In this document: positions 57,605-64,000 of the stretch, piece by piece
How the letters are laid out: every line of letters begins with the position of its first letter
Position numbering within the stretch: position 1 is the stretch's first letter
Sequence record: MZ444140.1
Length of the DNA stretch: 64,000 bases
Strand: one strand, 5' to 3'
Program-made: the position numbers and the translations under genes
The notes under the pieces: model-generated
Database searches by the model: none
What the model saw: only the letters and a program-made list of their open reading frames with translations
Told to the model about the DNA's origin: nothing

Positions 57605-58534
57605 TTAGTGACCAAGAGATAGTAGATCACGATGGTTAGCAAAGAACTCAGATGCGCGATCTTGGATCATACCTAGGCGATAGTTATAATCAGAGATACG
57701 AATTTCATACTCTTTAATAAGCTTCTGTAGGCGTGCATCCACTTTACCATTACTTTGCATTTCCCGCATTTCTTGTAAACGTAGTTGAAGTGCAAGGAAT
57801 TCTTGCTCAGCTTCTTTAAAACGTTCAACCTGATACTCAGCTAAGAACTTGCCAAATAGCACGAACGGGTTCTGACGAGGTGAGAAGCCATCCATGTTAA
57901 GTGGATCACGTTGAGCTATAGAGAGAGCACTCACAGCTACATCATAAGTACCTTCATTGACTTCAGCACTAGATGCACGACTTAAGCGTTGTTTCAGTTC
58001 ATTAGTCTTAAGACTCATTGCTGGATACAGAGTAATGAATTGCGCCATATTAGTGTATAGCCATTCTTTCTCAGCACGAGATGATTTTAATTCTGTAGCC
58101 TTACCTAATTTCATTGCTTCTTGTGCAATTAGATTTAGTAGTAGTTTACGGCCATAACGAATATAGAAACTAAGACCATCAACAAAACGTAACATGTTTG
58201 CACGGTCAAAGGTTAGATTAGAGTTAGTAAACTGAATAGCAAATAAACGCCGGATTTCGCTTTCGATCATATCAAAGCTACCACGAATATTTGAAAGAGT
58301 ATCCAGTACTAGTTTAATCGGTTCAGTATTAAAACTAATCGCTCGCCGTAGTTCAGTAGATAACCGCATACCTAAATCTGATTTAAGTTGCATATTACCA
58401 AATACTTCACCTACATCGTCAATAATTGGTGCGAGAGTTGCATCATATTCTTCACGTAATGAACGGATTTGATTTAATAGTTCACGACGTTCAGTAACTG
58501 GTGCGAGTTCACGTACATAATCAATAATTCTCAT
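57605..58534 (-). CDS. Inner head protein (gp90 equivalent)
   Basis: ~309 aa helical protein; AAGGA RBS; gene order matches phiKZ. Confidence 0.7.
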   Translation of the reverse strand: MRIIDYVRELAPVTERRELLNQIRSLREEYDATLAPIIDDVGEVFGNMQLKSDLGMRLSTELRRAISFNTEPIKLVLDTLSNIRGSFDMIESEIRRLFAIQFTNSNLTFDRANMLRFVDGLSFYIRYGRKLLLNLIAQEAMKLGKATELKSSRAEKEWLYTNMAQFITLYPAMSLKTNELKQRLSRASSAEVNEGTYDVAVSALSIAQRDPLNMDGFSPRQNPFVLFGKFLAEYQVERFKEAEQEFLALQLRLQEMREMQSNGKVDARLQKLIKEYEIRISDYNYRLGMIQDRASEFFANHRDLLSLGH

Positions 58535-58544
58535 CACTCAGTCC

Positions 58545-59708
58545 TTAAATATTGGTAGACATGGTTTTATTCATCATTTTAAAGATCTCAGTGATATCCG
58601 GACCTTTATTCTTTTCAGCCATTTTAATTTCATCAAGTCGGTGAGATGTAGATAGATCAACCCCACGATGATAAATAGTTACTCGCTCATAACGGTCATC
58701 AATAACAACAAGCATCATTAGATAGCTATTGTCAAAGATCTTTTGCCGAGTGGCGAAATCATCAATACGACCATAAAGAGAATTAGAAGCAGCTTTAAGA
58801 GTTGAAGTTGATACAATCGCGATATTTGATGCATCTGCTAATGAAACCGTACCACTGCGAACTGATTGTTTCCAGTTGTTACGGCGGCGATCGGTGATTT
58901 GTTTATAAACACCTGATTTATCATTCATTAGAATGCGATAATGTTCATCGATCATATCTTGACCTAGAACGAAGTCACGCCAGAATTTAATTTGACCAGT
59001 TTTTACTAGAAATAGGCGATGTAGCCAAGTATCTCGTCCACCAGCACTAAAGATGTGCGCAATAATCTGAGGACTAACAGCGGCTGGAATTAAACGGATC
59101 ATAACAGGAATTTTAGCTTTCTGCTTTCCTGATTTAACATCAACGTTAACCAGCTTACCAACGGCAAGGTTTTCAACTTCATAAATCTTTTGTGTATCAC
59201 CACTAGAAATACTTTGTGCACTTGTACTTTCGTCATTCGCTTCCATTGAAGCTACCCAACGCTCATGTGAGTGTTCAGCGACGATATTTGGTAAATGCAC
59301 AGGCTTCTCAAAAGACTCTAATGAAGGAAGACCATCAGAATACTCTTCGGCAGAGAATACACTAGTGCGAGTTACACCTGTACGGTTAGGATTAATAGTA
59401 TCGAATACTTTTAAAGTATCAATCTTATCCACACCTAGAAGCATATTAACAGCTTGTAGATAATAACCAGTAAAAGACGATGAAACAAATTTCATAACGT
59501 CTTTCATGTAAGGTTGATCAACTAAGGTTTGGTCTACGATGACCAATGGTTCAACACGAGTTGGACGTGCTAGATCGGTTAGAGAAGAAATCTCTACACC
59601 ATTTTTAGTGGCTTGTAGGACAGTCTGCATTAGACCACGTACACCTTGATCAGCAGCAACAGTCATCAGAGCAGAACTTACTGCTCCGGCGATTACAGGT
59701 AATGGCAT
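58545..59708 (-). CDS. Inner head protein (gp89 equivalent)
   Basis: 387 aa; internal SLE|SFE and SME|AND protease-type sites. Confidence 0.72.
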   Translation of the reverse strand: MPLPVIAGAVSSALMTVAADQGVRGLMQTVLQATKNGVEISSLTDLARPTRVEPLVIVDQTLVDQPYMKDVMKFVSSSFTGYYLQAVNMLLGVDKIDTLKVFDTINPNRTGVTRTSVFSAEEYSDGLPSLESFEKPVHLPNIVAEHSHERWVASMEANDESTSAQSISSGDTQKIYEVENLAVGKLVNVDVKSGKQKAKIPVMIRLIPAAVSPQIIAHIFSAGGRDTWLHRLFLVKTGQIKFWRDFVLGQDMIDEHYRILMNDKSGVYKQITDRRRNNWKQSVRSGTVSLADASNIAIVSTSTLKAASNSLYGRIDDFATRQKIFDNSYLMMLVVIDDRYERVTIYHRGVDLSTSHRLDEIKMAEKNKGPDITEIFKMMNKTMSTNI

Positions 59709-59744
59709 TTTTCTCTTCCTATATGGGTTTGCAGAGAGTTATAA

Positions 59745-63716
<3,972 letters not shown>

Positions 63717-63724
63717 GGTCATAA

Positions 63725-63744
63725 GCCCTCCCCTAGGGGAGGGC
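63725..63744. terminator. Bidirectional terminator
   Basis: CATAA-GCCCTCCCC-TA-GGGGAGGGC-ATTATG between convergent genes. Confidence 0.85.
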
Positions 63745-63757
63745 ATTATGTTGTATT

Positions 63758-64000
63758 TTACATTGCATAACCACGTTTAAAGTCATCGATGACTTTATCA
63801 AATCGACGCTGCCATTCGCGAATAGCATCATTGAAGCCATGGATCTTATAATCTTCACTAACTACTTGTGCACACTTACCATAATAGTTAAGTACGCAAC
63901 TAGCTGCTAGATATTGTGCTTGAGAATATTCAAACATCGTATCAGTAATACGACGCATACCTTCAAGGGAAGTGTTGATTAATTGAACAGACTCACCAAT
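63758..64000 (-). CDS. 3' end of a larger head protein (gp86 equivalent), truncated by the window edge
   Basis: The frame is open to 64000 (IGESVQLINTSLEGMRRITD...), so the 66-aa track ORF is only the C-terminus. Confidence 0.75.
   Translation of the reverse strand: MGESVQLINTSLEGMRRITDTMFEYSQAQYLAASCVLNYYGKCAQVVSEDYKIHGFNDAIREWQRRFDKVIDDFKRGYAM

Overview
This 64 kb window comes from a Pseudomonas phiKZ-like (Chimalliviridae, nucleus-forming) jumbo phage. It runs antiparallel to the usual phiKZ numbering and covers roughly the gp86 to gp145 equivalents; gp numbers are inferred from gene order anchored on the recognisable gp144, gp131, gp123, gp120 and gp118. Left to right: a fibre gene, endolysin, a candidate holin and overlapping spanins, RuvC, the gp131-135 tail-fibre paralogs with a chaperone-like gene and two 2OG-Fe(II)/cupin genes, portal and baseplate genes, an early operon with the non-virion RNAP beta-N subunit, the major capsid protein (MCP), DnaB, a ~600 bp hairpin-rich non-coding region, an accessory early-gene island (orphan HigA-like HTH, DarG-like macrodomain, small membrane proteins, duplicated ORFs), neck/tail genes, the inner-head protein array and baseplate genes. 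Best novel lead: the MCP ends in TGA, followed in frame by 25 more codons (AGKGYRYLENGTIRYLEDGNARKLE, then TAG TAA) and a long stem-loop starting 8 nt after the stop. Thirty of those nucleotides are identical to the 3' end of gp143, which ends in the same RxLE(N/D)G repeat. This suggests programmed stop-codon readthrough making a minor capsid isoform with a docking tag shared with a tail-associated protein. No tRNA, rRNA, CRISPR array, intron or mobile element was seen.
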